64,000 bases of DNA from an uncultured delta proteobacterium (GTDB lineage: Bacteria > Myxococcota_A > Polyangia > Polyangiales > Polyangiaceae). The notes below the pieces were generated by a model. The model was not told the origin of the DNA, did no database searches, and was given only the letters and a program-made list of their open reading frames with translations. The stretch is taken from the NCBI GenBank assembly GCA_963696385.1, contig CAVOKF010000005.1, positions 1-64,000 of the forward strand, written 5' to 3'. How positions within the stretch are numbered: the stretch's first letter is position 1; every line of letters begins with the position of its first letter. Positions 48,099-58,341 of the stretch are shown here, piece by piece. Position numbers and translations under genes: made by a program.

Positions 48099-48983
48099 GT
48101 GCTTGCTTTGCTCAAGGCGATCGTCCCTATTCCAGCGCTCCTGGTCCTCTTGCCGGCCTTGTGGTGGTTTTTCCGTGACACATGGAGGGAGCTCGACCAC
48201 GAAGCGACGATATGGCGTTCAACGTTGGCCGTCGACGGACGCTCCGACTATCGCCCGTTCGTTGCGCTCGCAATCTGCGCGGTCGTCCTAACGCTGCAGG
48301 ATTACTACGGAGGTCGGGTCGCGTACGACGATGCCTTGCGACCATGGCTCGCTCACTTGGAAATTGGGCACCCGCGATTGATTCGCCTGTTCAAGTACGA
48401 CACTCTGTACGGATTCGGATGGTGGGCGTTCACGCGCGTACTGGGATATGTCGCGCCGCTCGCCGTTTGGAAGCTTTTCTTTCCGAACGACTCATTGCTC
48501 GACATGGGATTTCGGGTCCGCGGCTTCTTCGAACACGCATGGATCTATGGGCTATTTTTGGTTCTCGTGCTGCCGGTCATGTTCCTCGTTTCGCGGCAGC
48601 CGGATTTCGGCTCGTACTACCCCTTCTACCGAGAAAGCTCGCGCTCTTGGTTCGATCTCTTGGTTTGGGAGGCGATCTACTTCGTTCAATTCTTTGCCCT
48701 TGAAGTTTTCTTTCGCGGGTTCTGGCTCGGGGCCCTTCGGCGGAGCTTCGGATCAGGTGCCATCTTCGCTATGGCCGTTCCCTATTGCATGATCCACTAC
48801 GGAAAGCCATTCCTCGAGGCGAACGGCGCGATCGTCGCGGGCATTGCGCTCGGTTCGTTGAGTATGAAGACCAAGAGCATTTATCAGGGCTTTCTAGTTC
48901 ACATTACGGTTGCCGGAATGATGGATTGGTTGGCACTCTGGCATCGCCACGCGCTGCCCAAAATTTTCTGGCCAGCCGGTTAG
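48099..48983 (+). CDS. CPBP/CAAX-family intramembrane glutamic protease
   Basis: LEVFFRGF; PYCMIHYGKP; FLVH; multiple TM segments. Confidence 0.85.
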   Translation: MLALLKAIVPIPALLVLLPALWWFFRDTWRELDHEATIWRSTLAVDGRSDYRPFVALAICAVVLTLQDYYGGRVAYDDALRPWLAHLEIGHPRLIRLFKYDTLYGFGWWAFTRVLGYVAPLAVWKLFFPNDSLLDMGFRVRGFFEHAWIYGLFLVLVLPVMFLVSRQPDFGSYYPFYRESSRSWFDLLVWEAIYFVQFFALEVFFRGFWLGALRRSFGSGAIFAMAVPYCMIHYGKPFLEANGAIVAGIALGSLSMKTKSIYQGFLVHITVAGMMDWLALWHRHALPKIFWPAG

Positions 48984-48995
48984 ACTGGATTTACA

Positions 48996-49493
48996 CTACA
49001 CTTCGAGCGATCCGAGCGCGTTCGCGAGAGCGCGGGCACGCACGGCATTTCGCAGCGGGCCGTCGTAGAGGGCGCGAAGGGCGTTGAGTGACGCACGGGC
49101 GGCTCCGCGAGAAGGGCCCGTCCACGAACCGATGATAGCCAGGTGTCGCCAGAGGAGGGACTCAAGCGCTCGAGGTCGTGATGCGAGCGCCGCCGCGGCG
49201 CGCTGAACCACCTCGACGGATTGTGGATCGCTTCGCATTGCGCGAAGGTAGAGTGCTACCGCACTCGGTACCCCGACCACTCTTCTGGCCTTGACATCGG
49301 CGGCGTCGCACAGCGCGAGTGCGCGGGACGGGGCGTCGGCCGCCGCCGAGATCCGAGCCTGCGCCTCGCGCAAGGCTTCGCGTCGGGCGCGTCGGGGCCG
49401 CCCCCATCCGCGGGGCGCGGGACGAACTCGCCAGAGGAGCCAGGCGAGAAAGGCGCCAATGGCGAGGGTGAGAGGAATCGACCAGTCTTGCAT
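48996..49493 (-). CDS. Hypothetical membrane-anchored TPR-like protein
   Basis: N-terminal TM followed by a helical Ala/Arg-rich region. Confidence 0.5.
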   Translation of the reverse strand: MQDWSIPLTLAIGAFLAWLLWRVRPAPRGWGRPRRARREALREAQARISAAADAPSRALALCDAADVKARRVVGVPSAVALYLRAMRSDPQSVEVVQRAAAALASRPRALESLLWRHLAIIGSWTGPSRGAARASLNALRALYDGPLRNAVRARALANALGSLEV

Positions 49494-49572
49494 TGGAGTG
49501 TGACGAAAGCCTACCCCGGCTATCTTGCGGCGAGCCGTCCTTCTTGGCACCCTTTGATGAAGGAGATTCGGG

Positions 49573-50214
49573 TTGGTGCAAGCCGTTCGCGCTGCTGTCG
49601 TGTTCGTCGCACTCGTCCTGCCGGCGGTCGCCCGAGGGGACATCTATACTTATACAGACGGCGACGGAACGGTTCACTTCACCAACAGCCCCGCGGGCGA
49701 TAAACGCTATCGGGTCTACATTCGCGGCAATGGTTGGCAAAAAACATCGCCTGCTCCTGGTGTGATTCCGGTCCCAGCGAGCGACCACGATGTCACGCGC
49801 TTCACTCGTTACGACGAATGGATCCATGAAGCCGCCACGCTCTACCAGATTCCCGAGCAGCTCGTACGCGCTGTCATTCGTTGCGAAAGCGACTACGATC
49901 CGCGCGCCGTCAGCGTCTCTGGTGCACGTGGCCTGATGCAGTTGATGCCCGATACGGCGTTCATGATGCAAGTGCGCGATATCGATGACCCCCGGGAGAA
50001 TATTTACGGGGGCACCCGGCTCTTGCGCGTCTTAGCAAACGAATTCAATGGTGACCTCGAGCTTACCGTCGCGGCGTACAATGCGGGCGATGGCGCGGTC
50101 ATCCGGTCCGGTGGAATCCCGCCGTTTGTGGAGACGCGCGACTATGTCCTCAACGTAACGCGGTACTACCGCCGGTACCGAAGCATTCTTGACCCAGCCG
50201 AGGCCAGCCAGTAG
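49573..50214 (+). CDS. Soluble lytic transglycosylase with an N-terminal DUF4124-like segment
   Basis: IYTYTDGDGTVHFTN; AVIRCES; GARGLMQLMP; AAYNAG; ETRDYV; AAGGAG RBS before TTG. Confidence 0.9.
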   Translation: MVQAVRAAVVFVALVLPAVARGDIYTYTDGDGTVHFTNSPAGDKRYRVYIRGNGWQKTSPAPGVIPVPASDHDVTRFTRYDEWIHEAATLYQIPEQLVRAVIRCESDYDPRAVSVSGARGLMQLMPDTAFMMQVRDIDDPRENIYGGTRLLRVLANEFNGDLELTVAAYNAGDGAVIRSGGIPPFVETRDYVLNVTRYYRRYRSILDPAEASQ

Positions 50215-50326
50215 CGGTCGGCCTGCAGTGTTGGGCCTCAGCTTGCGCGGGCACCCCAAGCTTGGTAGGTTGCGCGCCCGTTTTTCCGCGCAAGTCATCT
50301 CGCGCACCCTTGAAAGGATTGAGTCC

Positions 50327-50818
50327 ATGCCCGCGACAACGCCGCTTGCACGCATGAAGGAAGGATTTGGCGACAAATCCAAACTGGTCGAAGCCGTCGA
50401 GAAGCTCACCGGCGATGGACTCTGGGTCGCGCGCACCAATGAAAAAAAAGGGCTTGCCTACGTCTCGAATGCGAAACTTCTGCGACTACATAGCACGTTC
50501 ACTGAAGTGAAGGAAAAGTTCGGCTCGCGCGAAAAGCTCGTCGAGGCAATTCTCGAGCTAGAGAATCGCACTCAAGACCCTGGGCTGAAGCAGAAGCTTT
50601 CAACCTGGCCCGTCCCACGCCTCTTCGATGCGTATCTCTCGGCAGCGAAGCGCAACGCGAGAAAGGCTCGGCAGCAGCAAGCGGGAGGGTCGGTCGAGTC
50701 CGCGTCGAAAGCCGCGAGTGGCACGGGGCAAACGAAGCCCGCCGCCGTGCGCGCATCGGCCCGCGAATCTCGAACGAGTCACCCGACTCGTCCGCGAGTC
50801 GAGAAGCCTGGCCGCTGA
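50327..50818 (+). CDS. Hypothetical basic protein
   Basis: AAGGA RBS; internal repeat FGDKSKLVEAV / FGSREKLVEAI. Confidence 0.6.
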   Translation: MPATTPLARMKEGFGDKSKLVEAVEKLTGDGLWVARTNEKKGLAYVSNAKLLRLHSTFTEVKEKFGSREKLVEAILELENRTQDPGLKQKLSTWPVPRLFDAYLSAAKRNARKARQQQAGGSVESASKAASGTGQTKPAAVRASARESRTSHPTRPRVEKPGR

Positions 50819-50935
50819 GTGGCGACCATTTCGTTTTTCGCTCGTTCGACACACTGAAACGAGTAACGTGGCGGCCGCGCTAGCGGCCGTTGGCGAGCCG
50901 TGTTCGATAGCGCCAGTTGGAGGCATCGCAAAGCG

Positions 50936-51541
50936 ATGAAGGTGGATAAGGACAAGATCGTCGTCGGAGACAGTGGCTATCCGGTCATGCACGAGATGTT
51001 CGTGCCGAAGGCGATATTCTTCACCAACGGCGTTGGAGTTCACAAGGATCGCCTTTCGTCTTTCGAGCTCGCCCTGCGCGACGCCGGTATCGAGAAAGCG
51101 AACCTCGTCACCGTCAGCTCGATCTTTCCGCCTCGATGCAAAGAAATGAGCCGCAAAGAGGGCGAAAAGCTCATTATGCCCGGTCAAATCGTGCACTGCG
51201 TGATGGCACGGCAAGACACCAACGAACCGAATCGGCTCATCGCTGCTGCAATCGGCCTCGCGCGCCCTGCTGACAAGGACCGTTACGGATATTTGTCCGA
51301 GCACCATAGCTACGGTGAGACCGCGAGAAAGGCGGGCGACTACGCCGAGGACCTCGCAGCAACGATGCTAGCGACCACGCTCGGGATCGAATTCGACCCC
51401 GAGAAGGCCTGGAACGAGCGCGAGCAGGTCTTCCGGCTCGAAAAGACGATCTTGAAGACGCGCAATATCGTCCAGAGCGCTGAAGGTCATCCCAAGGGTA
51501 CGTGGTCAACCGTCATCGCCTTGGGGGTCTTCATTTTTTAG
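50936..51541 (+). CDS. pdaD: Pyruvoyl-dependent arginine decarboxylase
   Basis: [25 protein letters not shown] (Ser-Ser self-cleavage site); [18 protein letters not shown]. Confidence 0.85.
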   Translation: MKVDKDKIVVGDSGYPVMHEMFVPKAIFFTNGVGVHKDRLSSFELALRDAGIEKANLVTVSSIFPPRCKEMSRKEGEKLIMPGQIVHCVMARQDTNEPNRLIAAAIGLARPADKDRYGYLSEHHSYGETARKAGDYAEDLAATMLATTLGIEFDPEKAWNEREQVFRLEKTILKTRNIVQSAEGHPKGTWSTVIALGVFIF

Positions 51542-51597
51542 GTCTTCCGGCATGCTTCCCGGGTCGAGGTGCCGCGCGTACGAGTCGATGGGTCGGC

Positions 51598-51864
51598 TCA
51601 GTCGGAACGACCGTAGACCTCGTCGATGACGCGTTTGAGCCGAACCCCATAAACGATGGCGAACGTGTCGCGGCTGCCGGGGAAGAGTTCCTCGGCGCGG
51701 GCCGCGACGGCGTCTACGATGGCTTCCGCGTCGCCCCGTGTCACATCGCCCGCACGAATGGTGATCTCGGCCCAATCGACCGCGCGGCGAAGCAAATAGA
51801 CGCGTTTGGTCTCCTCGCGACCCTCCGGGCTCCGCAGGATCTGGATGGCCTCCTCGAGCGTCAT
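51598..51864 (-). CDS. Small hypothetical protein
   Basis: GAGG RBS; LFPG...F..VY..RL.RVI.E; co-oriented with the ATP-grasp gene. Confidence 0.6.
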   Translation of the reverse strand: MTLEEAIQILRSPEGREETKRVYLLRRAVDWAEITIRAGDVTRGDAEAIVDAVAARAEELFPGSRDTFAIVYGVRLKRVIDEVYGRSD

Positions 51865-51877
51865 CCTCGCCCGTAAA

Positions 51878-53104
51878 CTATAGCGATCGCCGCGCGCCTG
51901 ATCGAGTCGACGCCTGAATCTCAGCGGGCTCGCCAAGCCGTCGCCGCCGCAGCGCGTAGCGCACCAAAAGGCGGACGAGTGCGGCGAAGTCGATTCCGAC
52001 GACCGCTGCGGCGCGGGCGATCCCCGCGTTCGGCGACAAGTCGCAATTGGGGTTCACGTCGACGACGTAGGGAATGCCACTCGATGCGAGGCGAATGTCC
52101 ACGCGGCCGTAGTCCCGCACGCCGACGGCGCGGAACGCCTCCGAGGCCACTCTGCGAACGCGGGCCGCGACCGCAGTCGGGAGAATCGGGTGCATGACGG
52201 GCACGGTCCCCAGATCGTCGACTGAGCCGATCGTCCATTTGGCGTCGTAGGAAACGATGCGCGGTGCGTCGGGCGGCAGTGCCGTGAAGTCGATCTCGCT
52301 CAGCGGGAGCACGCGTGGCGTGGGATGTCCGAGCAGTGCGACGTTGAACTCGCGACCATCGATAAACTGCTCCACGAGGCACGGCTGCCGCAATTTTGTG
52401 ACGACTGCATGCACCGCCCGCGAGAGCTCAGCGGAGCTGCCCACCACGCTCGTTGGCGCAATGCCAACCGACCCGTCCTCGCGCACTGGCTTGACGATCA
52501 GCGGGAATGCCAGATCGCACGGCTCGCCCGCGCTTGCGAGGACGCGCCCTGCGGGAGTTGGAATTCCCGCCTCTTCCAGGCGCTGCTTCACTCGATCCTT
52601 TCGAAGCGCAAAGCTCAGCACCTCCGGCGGCGATCCGGTGTACGGGATCCCGAGAAGACCGAGAAAGAGCGGCACGGCGCTCTCGAGCCTGGCATCGCCG
52701 GCAAGCGACTCGCACAGGTTGAATGCGCAGTCGACGTCGAGGTCCGCAAGGCGAGTCCTTAGACCCACGAGATCACCGTCGACCGGGACCAGGTGCGCCT
52801 CGTAGCCCGTTCCGGTCAGCGCACTTGCCACACTGGTAGCGACGAAGCGCACCTCCGCGCGCGCCGCCCACGCGGGATCCACTTCAGGGCAGCCGTCCTC
52901 GTAGTCGACATTATGCAGGACCGCCACGCGCTTGGTTGCGCGGTTGCGCTTCGATGGAGGCCGCCGATCCGAGGTCGTTTGAGCCGGAGCGGCTGGAGGC
53001 AACTCGAACATCATGACTCCGTCGTCCTTCGGTGGGGCGCGCGCCAGCGGGGTGACAACATGCGCCCTTCTTTGCGAATCTACCGGCCTACCGATCTTGG
53101 TCAA
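51878..53104 (-). CDS. D-Ala-D-Ala ligase-like ATP-grasp enzyme (non-canonical)
   Basis: FNLCE; IPYTGS; IVKPVREDGSVGI; EQFIDGREF; YGRVDIR; VDVNPNCDL; true start probably near 53014. Confidence 0.85.
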   Translation of the reverse strand: MTKIGRPVDSQRRAHVVTPLARAPPKDDGVMMFELPPAAPAQTTSDRRPPSKRNRATKRVAVLHNVDYEDGCPEVDPAWAARAEVRFVATSVASALTGTGYEAHLVPVDGDLVGLRTRLADLDVDCAFNLCESLAGDARLESAVPLFLGLLGIPYTGSPPEVLSFALRKDRVKQRLEEAGIPTPAGRVLASAGEPCDLAFPLIVKPVREDGSVGIAPTSVVGSSAELSRAVHAVVTKLRQPCLVEQFIDGREFNVALLGHPTPRVLPLSEIDFTALPPDAPRIVSYDAKWTIGSVDDLGTVPVMHPILPTAVAARVRRVASEAFRAVGVRDYGRVDIRLASSGIPYVVDVNPNCDLSPNAGIARAAAVVGIDFAALVRLLVRYALRRRRLGEPAEIQASTRSGARRSL

Positions 53105-53105
53105 G

Positions 53106-53858
53106 ATGAGAAACGCACTCCACCCTTCGATTCACCGGAGTCGCTCGGCGCCCACGGGCATCCTGGAAGGGCTGCGAGGGGCGGTCGTCGTCTTCGCCAA
53201 GGACGTCCGCATCGAGATGGCCACTCGCGAGATCGTCACCACGACGACGTTCTTTGCCGCGCTGGTGACCATTTTGACGAGCGTGGCGCTCACGACGGGG
53301 CCGCAAGCGACCATCCAAGTCGGCCCTGGAACGCTGTGGCTCGCCGTCCTGTTCTCGTCGATCCTCGCGCTCGGCCGGAGCTGGCAGAGAGAGAGAGAGG
53401 AGGCGGCGCTCTTGGGCCTGCTCGTTTCGCCCCTGCCACGTGCCGCCATTTGGTTGGGAAAAGCGGCTGCGGTGTTCGTGTTCCTGTGTGCGGTCGAGGT
53501 CGTCGTAGTCCCGCTGGTCGCGCTCGTTTTCAACGTCGACCTTACGCACGTCGTCGGCGTGCTGGCGCTCGTCATGGTCTTCGGCACCGCCGGCGTGGCC
53601 GCCACGGGGACGCTGTTCGGCGCGATGACGGTGCGTACCCGTGCGCGGGAGCTGCTCCTCGCGACCGTTCTATTTCCCCTGCTCTCGCCTGCGCTCCTCT
53701 CGAGCGTCGCCGCCACACGCGAAATTTTTTATGCAACGTCGACCGGTCAGTCGGTCGACCTGCACGAGGTAGGGGATTGGCTGCTCCTTCTCGCGGTGTT
53801 CGATTTCGTGGCGATCGCCGGGGGGATGGCGCTCTTCGGGGCGATCGTCGAAGACTAA
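53106..53858 (+). CDS. ccmB: Haem exporter protein CcmB
   Basis: KDVRIE; PGTLW...FSSILAL.RSW..E.E; IWLGK; RELLL...LFPL..P. Confidence 0.85.
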   Translation: MRNALHPSIHRSRSAPTGILEGLRGAVVVFAKDVRIEMATREIVTTTTFFAALVTILTSVALTTGPQATIQVGPGTLWLAVLFSSILALGRSWQREREEAALLGLLVSPLPRAAIWLGKAAAVFVFLCAVEVVVVPLVALVFNVDLTHVVGVLALVMVFGTAGVAATGTLFGAMTVRTRARELLLATVLFPLLSPALLSSVAATREIFYATSTGQSVDLHEVGDWLLLLAVFDFVAIAGGMALFGAIVED

Positions 53859-53913
53859 GCCCGTCGACGATCCTCCCGACCGCGACGGATGCGACCGTAT
53901 ATTGTGGTGTGCG

Positions 53914-55407
53914 GTGGTGGCGCGCGTCCTAGGCCGGCTCTTACGCACCAAGTCGATCGACGCCGTGGTCGCTGATGCGGGGCGCAGCGATGCGTCGCTC
54001 AGGCGGGTTCTCGGGCCCGTGAGTCTCGTCATGTTCGGCATTGGCGCAATCATCGGCACGGGAATCTTCGCGACCATCGGAACGGCGTACTCGGGCGACG
54101 CCACCCGCTTGGGCGCTGGGCCCGCCGTGATGGTTTCATTCGCGGTCACTTCAGTGGTCTGCGGCTTTACCGCGATGTGTTACGCGGAATTCGCCGCCAT
54201 GGTCCCCGTTGCGGGCAGTGCGTACACTTACGCATACGCAACCCTGGGCGAGTTGGCCGCGTGGATCATCGGGTGGGACCTGCTTCTAGAGTACGCGATT
54301 GGGAATACAGCGGTCGCGATCTCGTGGGCTTCCTATGCGGACGCCTTTCTGCGCGGCCTCAACGTTGTGCTGCCTCGTTGGCTGGTCACCGACTATCGGA
54401 CGGCCGCCATCACACCGGGGGTTCTCGCCGACGCGCCGCACGTATTCGGCCTGCCCGTCGTTTTCAACGGGCTGGCGTGCGCCGTCGTCACTGCAATCAC
54501 CATCATTCTGACGTGGGGTGTCCAAGCCTCGGCGCGATTCAATACGGCTATGGTCATGGTGAAGCTCGGAACGCTCGCGTTCTTCGTATTCTCGTGCGTG
54601 AAATTCGCGAGACCGGAGCATTGGCAGCCGTTTGCCCCCAACGGTTGGACCGGGATCGCGTCGGGTGCCGCCGTCGTTTTCTTCGCATACATCGGCTTCG
54701 ACGCCGTTTCGACGTGCTCGGAGGAATGCCGCGATCCGGGCCGCGACATGCCTGTCGGCATTATCGGGTCGCTCGCGATCTGCACGGCCTTGTACGTTCT
54801 CGTCGCCGGTGTCTTTTCTTCACTGATGCCATATGGCGAGTTCGTCCGCCTCGACGCGACCCAACGCGCCCAAGCGCTCGCGGTTGCCATGGAGCACGTC
54901 CATATGCCGGCTTGGGCCGTCGGCGTCGTTGCCCTGGGCTCGGTAGTTGCGCAAACTGCCGTGTTGTTCGTGTTTCAGCTGGGCCAACCGCGTATTCTAC
55001 TGGCGATGGCGCGCGACGGGTTGCTCCCGCCGATTTTTGCCCGCGTGCATCGGCGGTTTCGGACACCCCACGTCTCCACCGTGGTGACGGGGGTGGTCGT
55101 CGGCGTCGGCAGCGGCTTGGCCAGCGTCGATGAGATGGTCGATCTCACGAACATCGGAACCCTCTTCGCCTTCATCCTCGTGTGCATCGGAATCGTGATC
55201 CTCCGGTACCGAGAGCCGAACCGACGTCGCCCGTTCCGGGTCCCCTTCGGCGCCTGGGTCATCCCATCGGCTGGTGTCGCGTGCTGCGCTCTGCTCATCG
55301 CCTACTTGCCTCCCGCTTCGTGGCTCCGCTTCGTGGGCTGGCTCGTCGTCGGTCTCGTGGTGTACGGGGCTTACGGATTTGGGCGATCGAGGCTGGGCCG
55401 GCTCTGA
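53914..55407 (+). CDS. APC-family (CAT-like) amino acid permease
   Basis: GIGAIIGTGIF; CYAEFA; GSAYTY; FFAYIGFDAV; PRILLAMARDGLLP; RPFRVP. Confidence 0.92.
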   Translation: MVARVLGRLLRTKSIDAVVADAGRSDASLRRVLGPVSLVMFGIGAIIGTGIFATIGTAYSGDATRLGAGPAVMVSFAVTSVVCGFTAMCYAEFAAMVPVAGSAYTYAYATLGELAAWIIGWDLLLEYAIGNTAVAISWASYADAFLRGLNVVLPRWLVTDYRTAAITPGVLADAPHVFGLPVVFNGLACAVVTAITIILTWGVQASARFNTAMVMVKLGTLAFFVFSCVKFARPEHWQPFAPNGWTGIASGAAVVFFAYIGFDAVSTCSEECRDPGRDMPVGIIGSLAICTALYVLVAGVFSSLMPYGEFVRLDATQRAQALAVAMEHVHMPAWAVGVVALGSVVAQTAVLFVFQLGQPRILLAMARDGLLPPIFARVHRRFRTPHVSTVVTGVVVGVGSGLASVDEMVDLTNIGTLFAFILVCIGIVILRYREPNRRRPFRVPFGAWVIPSAGVACCALLIAYLPPASWLRFVGWLVVGLVVYGAYGFGRSRLGRL

Positions 55408-55446
55408 TTCGGAAGCCCCAACGGGAATCCGTGTACCTTCGCGGTC

Positions 55447-56946
55447 GTGCGCCGCCGCCCCCTTCGTCTTGGAAGCAGCACGATTTTCGATCTTCTCGTC
55501 GCCCTGTTCGCGTCCACGCCCGCCTGGATCGTGAAGCATCCCCCGCTTGAAGATCTGCCGCTGCACCTGGCAACCATTCGAATCATCAAGAGCTTTCACG
55601 ACCCAGTCTTCCGGTTCGACCAGTACTTCGTGCTGACGCTCGGACGGACGCAGTACGTTCTCTACTATTTGGCCGGTGCGGCCCTAGCCACTGCAATCGG
55701 CGTAGTCGGGGCCAACGTGGTGCTCATGTCGTCGTACCTCGGCGGGACCATTCTGGCGCTGCGGTCGCTGCTGCAGGCGCTCAACCGCGATGAGCGTCTG
55801 AGCCTGCTTATCATCCCGCTGCTCGTCAACGTGATGTTCGTCTACGGGCTCTTTCCCTTCTTGCTCGGCATTCCCATCATGTTTTGGGCCCTCGGCGCGG
55901 CTGTGCGTCACTTCGAGCGGCTGTCCATTGGGACCAGCATCCTTCTAGGTACCTTGGCGCTGGCGCTCTTTTACTCCCACATTTTTCCGTTCGGAATTTT
56001 CTGCATCGGCTTCGCCGCGATGTTTCCGTGGGGTAGACCGTCCCGCTGGCTCCGCGCGGCCACTCCCGTCGCCCCAGCTTTCGTTGTGCTGGTATCGTGG
56101 ACGTTGCTCACCAAGGCGGGCAAGCTCGTGAGCGCTGCAGCCACGGACAACGGCGGGGATCCGCGGTTACCCGTCGACGCTGCGATCGAGCAAATTCCGA
56201 AATGGTTCACCAATGTGCTCCGCGACACTACCGACGAGGTGACGGTCGTAGCCCTCGCGATCGTGGTCGTAGCGGCTTTCGGTTTATCGCTCGGAGATTC
56301 CGATCATCCCAAGGCTCACGTCCGCGCATACACGGCGCTTCCGGTCGCCTGCATCGTGCTGTACTTTCTGTTGCCCCAGGGACACGGCTATATCTGGCTC
56401 ATCGCGCAGCGGTTTCCGATTCTGTTCGCGATGACGGCCATTCCACTCGTCAGGATGCCGCGCGGAGCACGCGGGCATGTGGTCGCCTTCGCAGCTCTCG
56501 CCGTCGGCGTGAGCTCGATCGTCAATACGTGCCGACACTTCATCCGATTCGAGGTCGAGGAGGTTGGCGACATCGACGACGTCATCGCCTCCATGCAGCC
56601 GGGCCGAAAGGTGTGTGCCCTCATCTACGACAAGGGGTCGGCCATCGTGAACAATCAGCCGTTTCTCCACTTTGGTTCATATTATCAAGTACGAAAAGGT
56701 GGCGTGGTCATGTTCACATTCGCCGGGTACGCGCACTGGCCCGTCGATTTCCAGCCGGGCAAGTACCCGCCGCCGGGCGGTCCCGCCCGCTTGCGATGGG
56801 AGTGGACCCCGGAGTCTGTGCCAATCTCGGAAGTGTATCCGTACTACGATTATGTGCTCAGCCGCGGTGCTGGTTTCCGGCCCCCGCCCGGCACGTACCA
56901 TCCGGCGTCACGCTCGGGACGCTGGACCGTTTGGGCCAAGGACTGA
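55447..56946 (+). CDS. Polytopic membrane protein, possible GT-C glycosyltransferase
   Basis: PPLEDLPLHL in the first loop; about 11 TM segments; QRF motif; soluble C-terminal domain. Confidence 0.5.
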   Translation: MRRRPLRLGSSTIFDLLVALFASTPAWIVKHPPLEDLPLHLATIRIIKSFHDPVFRFDQYFVLTLGRTQYVLYYLAGAALATAIGVVGANVVLMSSYLGGTILALRSLLQALNRDERLSLLIIPLLVNVMFVYGLFPFLLGIPIMFWALGAAVRHFERLSIGTSILLGTLALALFYSHIFPFGIFCIGFAAMFPWGRPSRWLRAATPVAPAFVVLVSWTLLTKAGKLVSAAATDNGGDPRLPVDAAIEQIPKWFTNVLRDTTDEVTVVALAIVVVAAFGLSLGDSDHPKAHVRAYTALPVACIVLYFLLPQGHGYIWLIAQRFPILFAMTAIPLVRMPRGARGHVVAFAALAVGVSSIVNTCRHFIRFEVEEVGDIDDVIASMQPGRKVCALIYDKGSAIVNNQPFLHFGSYYQVRKGGVVMFTFAGYAHWPVDFQPGKYPPPGGPARLRWEWTPESVPISEVYPYYDYVLSRGAGFRPPPGTYHPASRSGRWTVWAKD

Positions 56947-57049
56947 CGGTGTAGCGACGCAGGCCGCGGGCTCAAGCTATAAAACTCATGCGCGCGTCTT
57001 CGCGAGGATTATGCCAGTCTCGCTTGCTCCAGCACGACGGTTCGCCCCC

Positions 57050-58207
57050 TCAGATGCTGCTGTTGAGTGGGTCGAACTTACTGCCGCCCGTTGTGAAGGT
57101 CGTGGACTTGCTCTTCGTGGTGGAAGCGCCGTGCGCCGCGGCAGGAGCCGCGCCATGGGCCTTGTGCTTCTTCGACTTTGCCTTGTCGCTATCTTCGACG
57201 TGCGTCTTGTGATCGACGACCGTAAGTTGATCGGTAAAATGAGGGCTCAGTGGCGAATCCGATGGAGGACCAGTGAGGGGAGTGGGCGCAGTAGCCTCTG
57301 CTGTCGCCAAGGGCGGGGCGATAGCGGGAGTCGGCTCCGCGGCCGGTGGCGGCGGTGGCGGTGCAACCCCGACAGCAGATTCCTGTGTTGCTCCCCGCAA
57401 GCCGACGCGCGCCAAATAGGGCTGCGCCCATCGCGGGCGCTGAACGGCTACGGCGGCCAAGCTCCCAACGATCGCCACAGCGACCATTGCGCCGAACCAG
57501 CGCTTTGCGGAGCCGCCGCGAAGCTTCGCCATGTCGGCGTCAATCTCACCAAAATCGACGCTCAATGGGCGCAGGCTGGTGAGGATTGGGCTCCCCGGAC
57601 CCTGTGCGGCAAATCCCGAAGTGGCCCCATTCACCATGTGTGATGCTGGGCTAGACGCAAGGCCGTAGACAAAAGGCTGACCCGCCAACGCGTGCTGAGA
57701 GGAGACGTCGGACGCGTTGGGGCCAGGCTGCGGGATTTGCGACGGGGTCGCCATTCGGCGACTGGCCGCAGCGACGGTGTCGGGCGACGGCGCTCCGAAA
57801 GGCAATTGCGCGACTCGCAGGGGAGCTACCTCTGCCTGAGGTATGGGGTATGCGGGCACACCGTTCGGGATGCCAACCTCGCGTCGGGTCATTTGCGCCG
57901 GGGGCGAGGTCGGTCGCGAGACATCCGTCGCGTGCGCACCGGGCTCCAGCGCCTGCACGTGTTCGGGAGCTGCTGAGTTGGGCGCCGATCCCACGGGCGC
58001 CGACTCGATCAGCTCGACCTCGTCGGTGTCGTCGTCGATGCCAGCGAGCGCGCCGAGCTTCGTCCACTGAGTCGCGCCGGACGCCAGCACCATCGTCTCT
58101 CCGTCGATGTGCCCCGCTTGGAAGGCCTCGTCCAACTGATCGAGCGTGACGCGATGCACGTCCCCGTCAGAGAGCTTTACATACCAATGATCGCCGCTTG
58201 TGCTCAT
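57050..58207 (-). CDS. GYF_2-like domain membrane protein with Pro-rich linkers
   Basis: WYV...VTLDQLDEAFQAGHIDGETMV...W; single TM; C-terminal FDPLNSSI. Confidence 0.65.
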   Translation of the reverse strand: MSTSGDHWYVKLSDGDVHRVTLDQLDEAFQAGHIDGETMVLASGATQWTKLGALAGIDDDTDEVELIESAPVGSAPNSAAPEHVQALEPGAHATDVSRPTSPPAQMTRREVGIPNGVPAYPIPQAEVAPLRVAQLPFGAPSPDTVAAASRRMATPSQIPQPGPNASDVSSQHALAGQPFVYGLASSPASHMVNGATSGFAAQGPGSPILTSLRPLSVDFGEIDADMAKLRGGSAKRWFGAMVAVAIVGSLAAVAVQRPRWAQPYLARVGLRGATQESAVGVAPPPPPPAAEPTPAIAPPLATAEATAPTPLTGPPSDSPLSPHFTDQLTVVDHKTHVEDSDKAKSKKHKAHGAAPAAAHGASTTKSKSTTFTTGGSKFDPLNSSI

Positions 58208-58341
58208 GCGCTGCTCCTTCAACACGCTCGAGGCGGTTAAACACTATAGCCCGTTGAAGCGTCGGTAGGCGCAGAAGGCACGAAAATGACAGGATATGCA
58301 ATGACACGAGATAATTTTCGTCGCACTAAAACCTGGCGGGA

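Noticed and set aside
55447..56946. GT-C-like membrane protein as part of the inositol operon
   Set aside because: Opposite strand and separated by an unrelated GYF-domain gene; no evidence of linkage without synteny data.
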